Source: a virus. From it: a stretch of 64,000 bases of DNA. Each line of letters begins with the position of its first letter. The first letter of the stretch is position 1. The stretch spans positions 32,001 to 96,000 of the IMG/VR virus record IMGVR_UViG_3300005617_000004. One strand, written 5' to 3'. Of this stretch, positions 45,337 through 54,559 are shown piece after piece. The position numbers and the translations under genes are program-made. The notes beneath the pieces were generated by a model. That model saw only the letters and a program-made list of their open reading frames with translations, was not told the origin of the DNA and ran no database searches.

Positions 45337-47130
45337 TTACGCAGCCCGTAGGAGGTTGAGGTAGTAGTCTTTTCCTTCCTTGTGGACGAACTGAGCCGTG
45401 GAGTCCTTCTGCAGGACGTTCTCGTAGACCGCCTTGTCAATTCCGTTCTCCGTAAGAAGATACGTATAAGAACACGGGTGGTTCTGGCCGATACGATGGA
45501 TACGGTCCTGGCTCTGTTTCCACTCGATATAGTTGTAACTTAGCCCGCAGTAGATGTTATCGTAACATGGCACACCCGACTCGTTGCCGATGAGCGTCTC
45601 ACCTTCGCTCATGCCCAGCTGACGTACGAAAACGGTGATGCTGGGGTCGTGGTTCCAGTTGTGCGCGTCGGCGTCACGCTGCCGCTGGGAGACGTCGCCG
45701 TCGACGTGCACGGCCTTGATGCCGCGCGCCCTCAGCCCCGCGATCACCTGCGCGATCTCGTACTTGAAGTAGCACCAGACGATCACCTTGCGGCCTGACA
45801 GCGTGTCGGTCAGCATCTCGAACAGGGTGTCGGTCTTGACGTTGTTGAAGGGCCGCCCCTGCCGGTCGTCCGCCAGCACAAAACCCTGGCATACCTGCAA
45901 CAGCTTCATCATGCGGGCGCTGGCCTGCTCGACCGTCACCTCGGCGTCCTGGATGTAGGCCACCGCTTCGTTCTTCAGGGTGTTGTAGTACCGCTCCTGG
46001 TCTGCCGTCATCTCCAGGTACAGCGGGGTGTGGGTCTTCTTCGGCAGGAACGGCAGCACCTCTTCCTTGGTGACGAAGTGGGTGGACTCCGCCATCGCTG
46101 CGGCAATGGCTTGAGCAGCGCCTTCGTTCGGGATATTCTTGACGAATTGCCCGCGGTGCTCGGCGCGGAAAAACTTTTCGAGGAATGCCGTCTTGCTGGC
46201 GCCGAGCGCTTTGCCGCCGTCCAGGATCAGCAGCGGGTAGAAGATGCTCTCCAGGCTGTTGGCGATCGGGGTGCCGGACAGGCCGAGCTTCTTCTTGGCG
46301 CGCGACGCCAAGGTCAGGGAGAACTGCGTACGGTTGGTGTTGTTCGACAGCTTGTGGCACTCGTCGAAAATGATCCCTCCATAGCGGTTGTGGGCCACGA
46401 ACTTGAGGCCGTCGTAATTGCAGACGTGGTAGTGGGTCGGTGTCGCGGCGAGGCGCTTCTTCTTGGTCGGCTCGCCGCGGATCAGGATCGACGACGCATT
46501 CTGCCAGTGCGACAACTCGAACTGCCACGTCTTCATCACCGACTTCGGGCACACGACCAGCACGCCGCCTTGGACGCCCCACTGCCCGTCGTGCACCGCC
46601 GGCGACATGGGCTCGATGAGCCCGTTGCGGTACCAGCCGCCTGACGCATCGGTAGCGCCGCGGCTTTTGCCGACACCGGGGTCTTCCGCCATCAGCAGTC
46701 CACTGACGCGCTGCGACCAGTGGTAGTCGACCTGCTGGTGGTACAGCGGCGGGCACGGCACCTCGACGCCTTCTTTGATCTGCGTCATGCGCGTGACGTA
46801 CGCGTCGAGCGGCGGCTTGTCACGGATGATCCGCTCCATCGCGAGCCGCACCTGATGCTCGGCGTCGGACTGCTTGAGATGCGCCTCGGCGAACTCCTTG
46901 AGGCCGTCCCGCCACTCGATGGTCTCGCCGGTTTCGCGGGCTACCTTAGCAAGAGCTACCAACGCCGCCGGCGTGGTCGGGAAGTCCCAGGCAGACTTCT
47001 CGCCTACCCACCGAGCGGGCGAACCGACGCGCTGCAGTTTGTACTTCATCGTCTCCGAATAGAGCGACTGCTCGACGCGGAAGTGCACCGCCTTGGAGCG
47101 GGTGATGTGCTGATACGCGATGAGGGTCAC
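45337..47130 (-). CDS. SNF2-family (SF2) helicase/ATPase
   Basis: EDPGVGKS, LVVCP, DECH, LSGTP, QSQDRIHRIGQ. Confidence 0.92.
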   Translation of the reverse strand: MTLIAYQHITRSKAVHFRVEQSLYSETMKYKLQRVGSPARWVGEKSAWDFPTTPAALVALAKVARETGETIEWRDGLKEFAEAHLKQSDAEHQVRLAMERIIRDKPPLDAYVTRMTQIKEGVEVPCPPLYHQQVDYHWSQRVSGLLMAEDPGVGKSRGATDASGGWYRNGLIEPMSPAVHDGQWGVQGGVLVVCPKSVMKTWQFELSHWQNASSILIRGEPTKKKRLAATPTHYHVCNYDGLKFVAHNRYGGIIFDECHKLSNNTNRTQFSLTLASRAKKKLGLSGTPIANSLESIFYPLLILDGGKALGASKTAFLEKFFRAEHRGQFVKNIPNEGAAQAIAAAMAESTHFVTKEEVLPFLPKKTHTPLYLEMTADQERYYNTLKNEAVAYIQDAEVTVEQASARMMKLLQVCQGFVLADDRQGRPFNNVKTDTLFEMLTDTLSGRKVIVWCYFKYEIAQVIAGLRARGIKAVHVDGDVSQRQRDADAHNWNHDPSITVFVRQLGMSEGETLIGNESGVPCYDNIYCGLSYNYIEWKQSQDRIHRIGQNHPCSYTYLLTENGIDKAVYENVLQKDSTAQFVHKEGKDYYLNLLRAA

Positions 47131-47363
47131 AGGAGTTTCGTCGCGATGTCGACGGCCGCGGCGTGAATGACAGCCGCTTCGCTGTCCCGCCGGCGCTTCT
47201 CCGCAGGCGAGATCACCCCGCACTCTGGGCAGAACCGCACCTCGTTGCCGTACTCGCCATTTCCGACGGTAAACTCGCCGGTTTTCTCGTCTTCCGTGCA
47301 TTCTTCGATCGCACGCTGGAAGCCGCGCGGCTGCGGGAGGGTCATCGAACAGTGATGGCTCAT
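47127..47363 (-). CDS. Small zinc-ribbon protein
   Basis: HCS...FCPECG. Confidence 0.6.
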   Translation of the reverse strand: MSHHCSMTLPQPRGFQRAIEECTEDEKTGEFTVGNGEYGNEVRFCPECGVISPAEKRRRDSEAAVIHAAAVDIATKLL

Positions 47364-47429
47364 CGTGTCACCTTGGCAGAGACTAGCGCGGCGCGTGCCG
47401 GAGAAAATTACCGAGGACGGTACCGAACT

Positions 47430-47957
47430 TCACAGGGAAGCAGGTCGTTTCGACTTGATCGCGTCGGCCCACGCGATGATCAGGTCGTCATGGAACTTCT
47501 TGGTGGCGACGACGGAGGGCGAATCCGCTGGCTGCTCTTGCGGGATCCAGAACCGGGAGGAAGAGTCGGGCAGCATCCGCTCTTCCGCGCCAATCAGCGA
47601 TGCCGTGTGTAGCCGCGCACAGGCGTACTTGGTGCCCCCACACAGTGTCAGGTTGAACGCAGGGACCAAGCAACTCTCGAACGCTTTTCCAGGGGCGATG
47701 CTCATCAGCCGATGACGGACCGTCCCGATGCTGGCGATTTCCGACACCCGTATCTTCGCCGATCCCTGTGGCGACTTGTCGTCCGCCAGCCACGTGTCGA
47801 CGATGTCGCCGACCGCTGCGGCCCGCGCCTTCAGCTCCTGGTCCTGAGCGCATGCGTAATGCGCGTACTCGACATTGTGGCCATTCCCGTGAAGGATGAC
47901 TCGAACCCCAGTGAGGTCGAATTGGAGACCGCAAAGGCAACAAATAGTGTCGTTCAT
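47430..47957 (-). CDS. Hypothetical protein with N-terminal CxxC...HxxC
   Basis: GAGG SD, ATGA overlap. Confidence 0.65.
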   Translation of the reverse strand: MNDTICCLCGLQFDLTGVRVILHGNGHNVEYAHYACAQDQELKARAAAVGDIVDTWLADDKSPQGSAKIRVSEIASIGTVRHRLMSIAPGKAFESCLVPAFNLTLCGGTKYACARLHTASLIGAEERMLPDSSSRFWIPQEQPADSPSVVATKKFHDDLIIAWADAIKSKRPASL

Positions 47958-48136
47958 TTCTTTTTCCTCTTCGCATCCACCTCGCGCCAGAAAAAGTAGC
48001 TGCCGTCCTCTTCGCCGAAGTCCTTCTCCTTCCGCGCGCACTTGTCGCAGTAGGGGTGCGTGCCGGCGAACTGCGTCACGCGCTCCCAGGCGACGGGCTC
48101 GAAACAGTAGTCCTCTGAACAGCTGTCGATGGTCAT
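47954..48136 (-). CDS. Small zinc-finger protein
   Basis: C....C...YCDKCA. Confidence 0.6.
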   Translation of the reverse strand: MTIDSCSEDYCFEPVAWERVTQFAGTHPYCDKCARKEKDFGEEDGSYFFWREVDAKRKKK

Positions 48137-48774
48137 GGTTTCTTCCCCGCGTCTCTCATCTTGGCCCCGTTCTCCGCTGCGCGCCGCAGCCGGTCCTTCT
48201 GCGCCTCCGACCACCCGGCGACGTTCACCCGGATGTCGGTCCATTCCTTGCCCTGCTTGAGGGCGCTGGTCCGGGTCCGATACCGCAGGTCGAGGTGCAC
48301 CACGAAGTAGTGCTGGTTGCTCAGCCGCATGTTGCCGCCGGTGTCGTCGACCTCCCACGCACGGTCGGGATAGCTCACGCCCATGTACTCGTCAACCAGC
48401 ACCTTCGACCCGTACGGTATCAGCTGCGGGTCGGCGGCGATGCCATAGGGGTGGGCGACCGCGGTATCCCGCTGCTTCCAGGCCGTCTGGCGCAGGGGCT
48501 TGCCGTCGGGCCCCACGGGCGCATCCGGATCGTGATCGGTGTAGGCGGTGAGCACCGCCGGCACCAGCATCCACTCCTCGACCGGGTGAAACACCGCGGG
48601 CCCGAGGGGTGGCGACTCCGGGGCTGAAATAGCCACCGGGTTCGTTTGGGCCAGTACCGGCACGCTGTGGCTCGACACCGGAATCCCGGTGTCGAGGGTC
48701 TCGGACGGCCACAACACCGCGGCGCCGGTGAGGCCCAACAGCAGGAAGAGCAGGATCGTTTCGCGGTAGGTCAT
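48133..48774 (-). CDS. 3D-domain (MltA-like) peptidoglycan-lytic protein with signal/anchor
   Basis: LTAY, IAADP..IPYGSKV, VDDTGG, HLDL. Confidence 0.85.
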   Translation of the reverse strand: MTYRETILLFLLLGLTGAAVLWPSETLDTGIPVSSHSVPVLAQTNPVAISAPESPPLGPAVFHPVEEWMLVPAVLTAYTDHDPDAPVGPDGKPLRQTAWKQRDTAVAHPYGIAADPQLIPYGSKVLVDEYMGVSYPDRAWEVDDTGGNMRLSNQHYFVVHLDLRYRTRTSALKQGKEWTDIRVNVAGWSEAQKDRLRRAAENGAKMRDAGKKP

Positions 48775-48907
48775 AGGGGTGTTACTGGGGCTGCGTAACC
48801 GGCAGCGGATTTGTGGGTTGGTTCCATACTACAAGCCCTCGGGGGTTCAAACGGGGTGTATGTCGGCAAGGCGGACGGCACGTTCTCCGGCTGGTCAGTG
48901 TAACTCC

Positions 48908-49609
48908 TTATCGGACAACGACTATGCTCTCCTGGTGTACGGTCACTCCGGGAATGACCTTCCCTGCCAGGGCGTCCTGGGTGATGCGCGCCATATCAGG
49001 AATCAGGTATTCGCGCGGCAGCAGCTGTGCGTTGACCACCTCGACGCGGGGGCGGCGTTGGAGGGGCGCCTCGATCGGGTCCGGCACGGTCATCGCCACC
49101 AAAGGCGCGGTGGGTCGGCTGGTGTCCAGTGCCGCGGCGATCTCGGCCGTCTGCCGTGCAAGCTCGTCGGCCCGCAGCTGCGCGTTGCGGGCGATCAGGT
49201 ACGTGCCCTGCTGGTGCTTACCCTCGTCCATGATGTCCTGCAGCCGCGCCAGCAGGGGCTTCGCCGCCGCGTCGATCTTGGTGCAGGCGTCCAGGTAGGG
49301 GGCCTTTACTCGCTGCCGGCAGGCTTCCAGGTCGTTCCAGACGGTCTTGGCCGCCTTGACCACCTTCTGCACCGCCGTCAGGGTGGTCTGGTCGACGATG
49401 GCCGGCGCGTCGATCAGCGCCTGCTCGCGCTCCCCTACCCGGGCGATCAGCTCCTGGTTCGCGACCACCGCGTACACCGGCATCGCCGGCGTGGCAACCA
49501 CGACGTGTGCCGGCTCAGTACACCCGGCGATCAGGTGCCGCTCGACGTCCGGCTCCTCGACCTCGATGTAGGTGTCGCTCTCCGGGTGGTACAGGGTCTT
49601 CTTGCTCAT
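48908..49609 (-). CDS. Coiled-coil phage protein (Gp157/Gam-like C-terminus)
   Basis: VVNAQLLPREYLIPD..RI...IPGV. Confidence 0.65.
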   Translation of the reverse strand: MSKKTLYHPESDTYIEVEEPDVERHLIAGCTEPAHVVVATPAMPVYAVVANQELIARVGEREQALIDAPAIVDQTTLTAVQKVVKAAKTVWNDLEACRQRVKAPYLDACTKIDAAAKPLLARLQDIMDEGKHQQGTYLIARNAQLRADELARQTAEIAAALDTSRPTAPLVAMTVPDPIEAPLQRRPRVEVVNAQLLPREYLIPDMARITQDALAGKVIPGVTVHQESIVVVR

Positions 49610-49612
49610 GGG

Positions 49613-49984
49613 CTACAGCGTACCCTCCCAGATGCTCTTGCCACCAATGTCCATGCTGAACCCATGCCCGTAGTAGCCGTTGTGGTGGTTGAACAGGGTC
49701 AGGTAGACGTGCTCGCCGGCCGGGTCGATCAGCCGGAACTGCACGTGCGCCGTTTCGGGGTCCACGTCCTGCAGGTCGCAATACCCGGTGTCGAACGAGA
49801 ACAGCGCCATCGCGAGGTTGACCCCGTCGAGCTGCGCCACCCCTTCATCGCCGATCACCGTACCGTCCGACCGCTTGAGCGACCAACCGAACGACTCACA
49901 GCAGCTCTGGCCCATGTCGAACCCGACCAGCACGTTGTGGTCGTCGACGAAGTTGACCTTGTTGTCCTTATTGAAAACCCGCAT
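49613..49984 (-). CDS. Conserved phage protein (QxCCE...NGYY)
   Basis: Motifs; promoter TTGACA-N15-TAGGCT (50034-50008), AAGGAGG SD. Confidence 0.75.
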   Translation of the reverse strand: MRVFNKDNKVNFVDDHNVLVGFDMGQSCCESFGWSLKRSDGTVIGDEGVAQLDGVNLAMALFSFDTGYCDLQDVDPETAHVQFRLIDPAGEHVYLTLFNHHNGYYGHGFSMDIGGKSIWEGTL

Positions 49985-50038
49985 GGCAGCCTCCTTGGGC
50001 TATGGAGAGCCTAGTGAGTCGATACGGGTGTCAATGGG

Positions 50039-50485
50039 CTATTTCTGCCCCAGCCAGCCGTGGATATGGGCCAGCAGCTTCGCTCGCGGCAGCCCGCAAG
50101 CTTCCAGCATCTTGATCGCCGCACAGCCTTCCAAGGCCATCGCCAGTAGAAAGTGCTCGGTGTCGACGAGATAATGGCCAAACCCCGCGCGGTCCCATGC
50201 TTCTATGTCGGCCGCGTAGAGCACCTTCTCAGCAATCGGCGCGAGGTCGAGCGGCGGCTTGTTGCGCGACAGGGGAATCTCCAACAGCAGAAGCTGGTGC
50301 AGCACCTGCGCACCGGTGATGCCAAGTTCCTCCAGGATGCTCTTCGCGTTGTTGTGGGTGTCGCCCATGATCGCCGCCAGCAGGTGCTCGGTGCCGACCA
50401 CCGGATGCTTGAGCCGCACGGCGTCGGACATGGCGAGCGCGCAGATACGCTTGCTGGCGTCGGTGAACTTGTCGGCGGAGATCAC
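50039..50485 (-). CDS. Stand-alone Clp ATPase N-terminal (double Clp-R) domain
   Basis: DKFT..S...ALA..DA.RLKH..VGTEHLL; second repeat VDTEHFLLA. Confidence 0.85.
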   Translation of the reverse strand: MISADKFTDASKRICALAMSDAVRLKHPVVGTEHLLAAIMGDTHNNAKSILEELGITGAQVLHQLLLLEIPLSRNKPPLDLAPIAEKVLYAADIEAWDRAGFGHYLVDTEHFLLAMALEGCAAIKMLEACGLPRAKLLAHIHGWLGQK

Positions 50486-50488
50486 TGG

Positions 50489-51169
50489 TCACCACGCAAA
50501 CGCAAGCCCGAACCGCACGTCGCGGTCGCAGGCGGTGACGGACGCCGTCGGGCATCCGATAGGGGTCATCTTGCCGACGAGCGCCAGGGTGATGCCGACC
50601 TTGCCCACCTCGTCGTGGTAATGGCGTGCCGCGCCGGCATAGTCATGGCCCCACCAGCTGCGAGCCCAGACCTCCACCGCGACGTCCGCCCACGAGCCGC
50701 CGCAGCCGACCCGGCCCCAGCCGGAGTCGCCGCGATACGCGCCGTCCGCAGTCAGGTAACCCCAGTGCAGGTGCGCGCCGACCGTTGGCCGCAGGGTCGG
50801 CTCCTTGTCGTACGCGTAGGCGCAGGAGTACACCGCGTCGCCGTTCATCCGGTGCCAGCCGGCCTGCAGTCGCTTGCCGCCCAGGTTGCCCTGGTAGAAG
50901 GCTCCGAGGGTGAAGTCGGCCCAGGACGACATCGGCGACACGATCTCGACCGCCGCCTCGTCGACGCGGGTCTCGGCCTGTCGGTCGGTGATCACGGTAT
51001 AGGTGCCCCACGCCATATAGGCGGGACGGCCCTCGGGCTTGCACTGGTGCCACACGAACGCGTCGAAGGTGTTGCGGTCGTCGGTCGCGTCGTCCTCGGT
51101 GGCGCCGAAGCCGGTGTCGACGGCTGGCAGCGAGCACGCCAGCAGGAGCAAGAGCCCGGACCGGATCAC
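50489..51169 (-). CDS. Putative outer-membrane beta-barrel protein
   Basis: Signal peptide; amphipathic strands; ends VRFGLAFAW. Confidence 0.6.
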   Translation of the reverse strand: MIRSGLLLLLACSLPAVDTGFGATEDDATDDRNTFDAFVWHQCKPEGRPAYMAWGTYTVITDRQAETRVDEAAVEIVSPMSSWADFTLGAFYQGNLGGKRLQAGWHRMNGDAVYSCAYAYDKEPTLRPTVGAHLHWGYLTADGAYRGDSGWGRVGCGGSWADVAVEVWARSWWGHDYAGAARHYHDEVGKVGITLALVGKMTPIGCPTASVTACDRDVRFGLAFAW

Positions 51170-51756
51170 AGCGACTCGATCATGCGGCGCAGCTGAGCCG
51201 CGACCGCCTCGCTCTCGGCGATCTTGGCCAGGATCTCGGTCTTGGTGAACAGGGGCTGCCGGACGGAGGGCTCGGCCGTGAAGGGAACCTTGCCGTGCAC
51301 CGAGGCCAGGGGAGCAATCAAGACTGCACCTCCGGGTCCCGCGTTGTCAGCCGCGTCTGCGCCGAACTCCGGCTGTGGCACATCATCGCCCACCACCTGC
51401 TTGATCGCGCCCGGCCCATAGGCGTGCACGCCGCCGATGTTGTCGGTCCAGCCCAGCGTAGCGGCGTCGACGCCGGCCGCCATCAGCGCCTCCGCGTACC
51501 CGACCTGCTTCGCTCCGCTGTGGGGCTGCAAGCTGAGCTCGGTCAGCGGGATCGTCGCGCGGTATGCCTCGGGCAGCTGGAGCTCGGCAGGCGGCTGTCC
51601 CTCGCGCTCCGGGTAGAAGCCGACGTCGGCAGTCTGGTCCGCGAAGTTGACCTCGTAGACCTTGGCCTTCATCTGAACCGTCGGATCCTCGTTGTCGCGG
51701 ATATAGACGTCGCTGCCGATCTTGGTGGGGACTTTGACGTTGAGGGGTTTGGTCAT
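51166..51756 (-). CDS. Hypothetical protein (SH3-like N-terminus)
   Basis: Coupled ORF. Confidence 0.7.
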   Translation of the reverse strand: MTKPLNVKVPTKIGSDVYIRDNEDPTVQMKAKVYEVNFADQTADVGFYPEREGQPPAELQLPEAYRATIPLTELSLQPHSGAKQVGYAEALMAAGVDAATLGWTDNIGGVHAYGPGAIKQVVGDDVPQPEFGADAADNAGPGGAVLIAPLASVHGKVPFTAEPSVRQPLFTKTEILAKIAESEAVAAQLRRMIESL

Positions 51757-51760
51757 GGGG

Positions 51761-51967
51761 TCACTTCTCTGCGAGGCAGTCGCCGCTGGTGTTGTAGGGG
51801 TCCATGCTGAGCGGGCAGGTGCGGCGCGCGTCACAGGTCTCGCAGGTGTAGACGTGGCCGTCTTTGTCGGCGTAGTCTGCGTGATCGGGAAACTCGGTCA
51901 GCAGCTCGGCCTTCATGCGCGCGAGGTCTTCGTCGGTATGGGGAAGGGTCACGGCTTCCATCTCCAT
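51761..51967 (-). CDS. Small Cys protein
   Basis: C..C.....C...DPYNT.GDCLAEK phage motif. Confidence 0.7.
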   Translation of the reverse strand: MEMEAVTLPHTDEDLARMKAELLTEFPDHADYADKDGHVYTCETCDARRTCPLSMDPYNTSGDCLAEK

Positions 51968-52146
51968 TGCCGCTGATTGTCGGCGTCCAGGTAGTATTCG
52001 GCCTTGCCGGCTTTGACAGCGTCAGTACGCCAGCGCTCCGACACCCACGTGCCTGTAAGCAGGAACACCGCCATGCTAGTGACGGCGACGAGGACGACGG
52101 CATTCGTTATACTAACGCCAGGAGGATTGTTCGCGTCGTCGCTCAC
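51949..52146 (-). CDS. Small membrane protein
   Basis: TM + AVKAGKAEY...WRW. Confidence 0.65.
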   Translation of the reverse strand: MSDDANNPPGVSITNAVVLVAVTSMAVFLLTGTWVSERWRTDAVKAGKAEYYLDADNQRQWRWKP

Positions 52147-52826
52147 TCCACCCTCCCGCCAGCCTTCTGATACGCGTCGAGCCACGCCTCGAACAGGTCG
52201 GTGCCCTCCGGGTACGGGCAGGTGACCTCCAGGTCCTTCGGACCCTTGGCCGCAGCCCGGCCGTACGCCTTGGCTTCGGCGATAGCCTCCGGCGGCGACG
52301 CGGCCGGCATATTGCCGCCACCGGCGCCGAACCCTTCCATCCACTTGGTGTACGGCAGGGTCCCCGGCCGCATCGGGCAGGCGCTGGCCAGCCGGCCGAG
52401 CTTGGCGGCATCGACACCCATGCCGAACGCGACGTCGCCCGAGATCGCGCGGCCAACGCCGACCCCGGTGCTGCCGATCATCGCCGCGAAGTCGCCGCCC
52501 GAGCCGAGGTAGCTGCCGTTATCGGGCCGGGTGGTCACCAGAGCGTGCCCGGGTCCCTCGTCATCATCGTAGACGATCGCCGCGCGCTTGGGCTTCTCCG
52601 GCTCGGTGACGGCCACCGCCCGCGACGCCGATTCGGTCGACAGCTCGATCTGCTCGACGGTGACCAGCTTGCCCGTCTTCGGGTGCGGCACCTTCGCCTC
52701 CTTGCGGGCGATGATGGCGAAACCCTCCTTCTCCATCAGCTTGTCGAGCTGCTTGGGGGACAGGACGTCGAGGGCTTTACCTTCGCCGTAGTGCTGCGGG
52801 CTGACGTAGACGAGTTTGGTGGGCAT
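52143..52826 (-). CDS. Protein with two RMF-like (G..A..G...CPY...W..G/AY) repeats
   Basis: ACPMRPG...KWMEGF and TCPYPEG...AWLDAY. Confidence 0.6.
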   Translation of the reverse strand: MPTKLVYVSPQHYGEGKALDVLSPKQLDKLMEKEGFAIIARKEAKVPHPKTGKLVTVEQIELSTESASRAVAVTEPEKPKRAAIVYDDDEGPGHALVTTRPDNGSYLGSGGDFAAMIGSTGVGVGRAISGDVAFGMGVDAAKLGRLASACPMRPGTLPYTKWMEGFGAGGGNMPAASPPEAIAEAKAYGRAAAKGPKDLEVTCPYPEGTDLFEAWLDAYQKAGGRVE

Positions 52827-52828
52827 GG

Positions 52829-53023
52829 TCAGGGGGCCTTGATCGTGGGCGGGATGAGGGCGAGCTTGCTGGAACAGAACGACCACAGCAGCTCCTTGGA
52901 GCCATACCGGTCGAACTTGATCAGAACCGTCGTGCCGCCAGGAACCTTCCGTAGGCTCTTCACGGTGCCCTCGTCGAAGATCGTGTGCGTCACGCGGTCA
53001 CCGGGCTTGGGAAGGGCGTCCAT
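52829..53023 (-). CDS. Tudor/SH3-like protein resembling the PcrA/UvrD C-terminal domain
   Basis: PGDRVTH..F.EGTV...IKFD..G.KEL; promoter TTGACG-N16-TATAGG (53068-53041). Confidence 0.65.
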   Translation of the reverse strand: MDALPKPGDRVTHTIFDEGTVKSLRKVPGGTTVLIKFDRYGSKELLWSFCSSKLALIPPTIKAP

Positions 53024-53064
53024 CGGTGTCTCTCCATAGTCCTATAACGGTTGACCGGCGAGCG

Positions 53065-53574
53065 TCAAGCCTTCGTCGCGGCCTTAGCTGCGATCTCGGC
53101 AATCAGCCGGGTTTCGAGCGCATTGAAGGCGTCGTTGATCTTGTCGAGGTCGAATTGATCGCCCTCGAACTCGGTCTCTGCTGTGTCGGCGCCACGAAAC
53201 AAAACGGCCCACTGCAGACAGCTCATGCAGCGTTTCACTGGAGGAGTCGCTCGCGGTTCGGCCTTCTTGATCTCGGCGGAGAGACGGCGGCCAAACTCGC
53301 TCTCATCGTCAGAAACCGTCACGTCCGGTTGCAGCGCGCGGCCTAGGCTGTGCTGCACGCAGAGATACACAGACAGCAACGGGGTGCCCTTATAGACCAA
53401 CAGAACGTCCCGCTCGGCGCGCAGGTCGCTTGGCTTCTCCCCCTCGTTCTCGGGCCGCAGGTCGTACCAGTCGAGCTTTGCTTCTTTGCAGAGCTGCCTG
53501 ATGAAACCGACGAGCTGCGCGTAGAAGCTCTTGCTGTAATCGTGCGATGCGTTGCTGTAGCTGAAATCGCCCAT
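53065..53574 (-). CDS. Hypothetical protein
   Basis: AAGGAG SD. Confidence 0.7.
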   Translation of the reverse strand: MGDFSYSNASHDYSKSFYAQLVGFIRQLCKEAKLDWYDLRPENEGEKPSDLRAERDVLLVYKGTPLLSVYLCVQHSLGRALQPDVTVSDDESEFGRRLSAEIKKAEPRATPPVKRCMSCLQWAVLFRGADTAETEFEGDQFDLDKINDAFNALETRLIAEIAAKAATKA

Positions 53575-53607
53575 GTCAGGACTCCTTGGTTGGTTGAGCT
53601 GCGAGCG

Positions 53608-53949
53608 TCAAGAGTCGCGAGACCGGGCGGCTTTCGCGTCAGTAATGGTCTGCTGCACCATTCGTTCGACCGCTTTCTCTCCCTTAGCGCGAAGAGCGAC
53701 CAGCCCGAAATCCTCCACCCCGGCCCGGGCCCAGGCTTCCGCCTGCCGCAGCTCGTCGACCCACATGTACGCGCGGACCTTGAAGGGATCCGCCGAGGTG
53801 GCTGACGGCAGCTTCAGCCACATATCCTCGCCCATGATGAACAAGGCCTGCAGGGCTTCTCGCGCCGGCAGCGCGTTGACAGCCGACGCCTTCGCCACCA
53901 GAGGCGCGCGGGTTGGCGTCGTGTACAGGGTGTAGACGAAGAACTTCAT
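53608..53949 (-). CDS. Hypothetical protein (MKFFVYTL start)
   Basis: ATGA coupling. Confidence 0.7.
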   Translation of the reverse strand: MKFFVYTLYTTPTRAPLVAKASAVNALPAREALQALFIMGEDMWLKLPSATSADPFKVRAYMWVDELRQAEAWARAGVEDFGLVALRAKGEKAVERMVQQTITDAKAARSRDS

Positions 53950-54191
53950 GCTTTGACTCCAGGTTGATTGACGATCTTGCCACACCAGACGCAGACGTCG
54001 CCCTGGTACTGGCGCGTAGCGCCCCCGGCTGTCAGGATGACCTCGGCCTTATGCGCGGAATCAGCGAAGAACGCCAGGGATTCAAGCGTAGCAGCGTCTA
54101 CTAGAGGCGCGCTACCGCGCCCCGTTGAGTACCGCGCCTCGAACCGATGCTGCTGGCCGCCATTGTAGCAGCGAGAAGGAAAGAGCTTCAT
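53946..54191 (-). CDS. Small zinc-binding protein
   Basis: C...H.F.ARY...Y..DVC..CG. Confidence 0.65.
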   Translation of the reverse strand: MKLFPSRCYNGGQQHRFEARYSTGRGSAPLVDAATLESLAFFADSAHKAEVILTAGGATRQYQGDVCVWCGKIVNQPGVKA

Positions 54192-54559
54192 CCGCCGAGG
54201 CTCCCGAAGAGGTTCGCCAGCGATTCATCTCGGTCTCGCACCATCTTCACGTGCTTCGTCACCTCCGCTACCGACTCCGGCGTCATGACGTCCGGCACCT
54301 GCTCGTTGAAGTCCTGCGCCGTCTTGGCGGTCAGCATCTGCGCATAAGGCAGAAGTTCGGTGACCAGATAGCGCTCGACCACGAAAGTCGTACTGGGCGT
54401 AGACGCCGGCAAGCACAGGCAGAGCTTGCCCTGCTTCAACACCATCATCGACAGGATCTCGCGCAGCGGCTGGGCGCTGACATACTCCGACGAGGCGTGG
54501 TAGGCGTGGGCCTCGCCGCCAGATGGCAGTTTGGCCAGCGTATAGACGAAGAACTTCAT
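54188..54559 (-). CDS. Hypothetical protein (MKFFVYTL start)
   Basis: ATGA coupling. Confidence 0.7.
   Translation of the reverse strand: MKFFVYTLAKLPSGGEAHAYHASSEYVSAQPLREILSMMVLKQGKLCLCLPASTPSTTFVVERYLVTELLPYAQMLTAKTAQDFNEQVPDVMTPESVAEVTKHVKMVRDRDESLANLFGSLGG

Noticed and set aside
45337-47130. Packaging ATPase or terminase
   Set aside because: Motifs (DECH, SGTP, QxxDRxHRIGQ) identify an SNF2-type helicase
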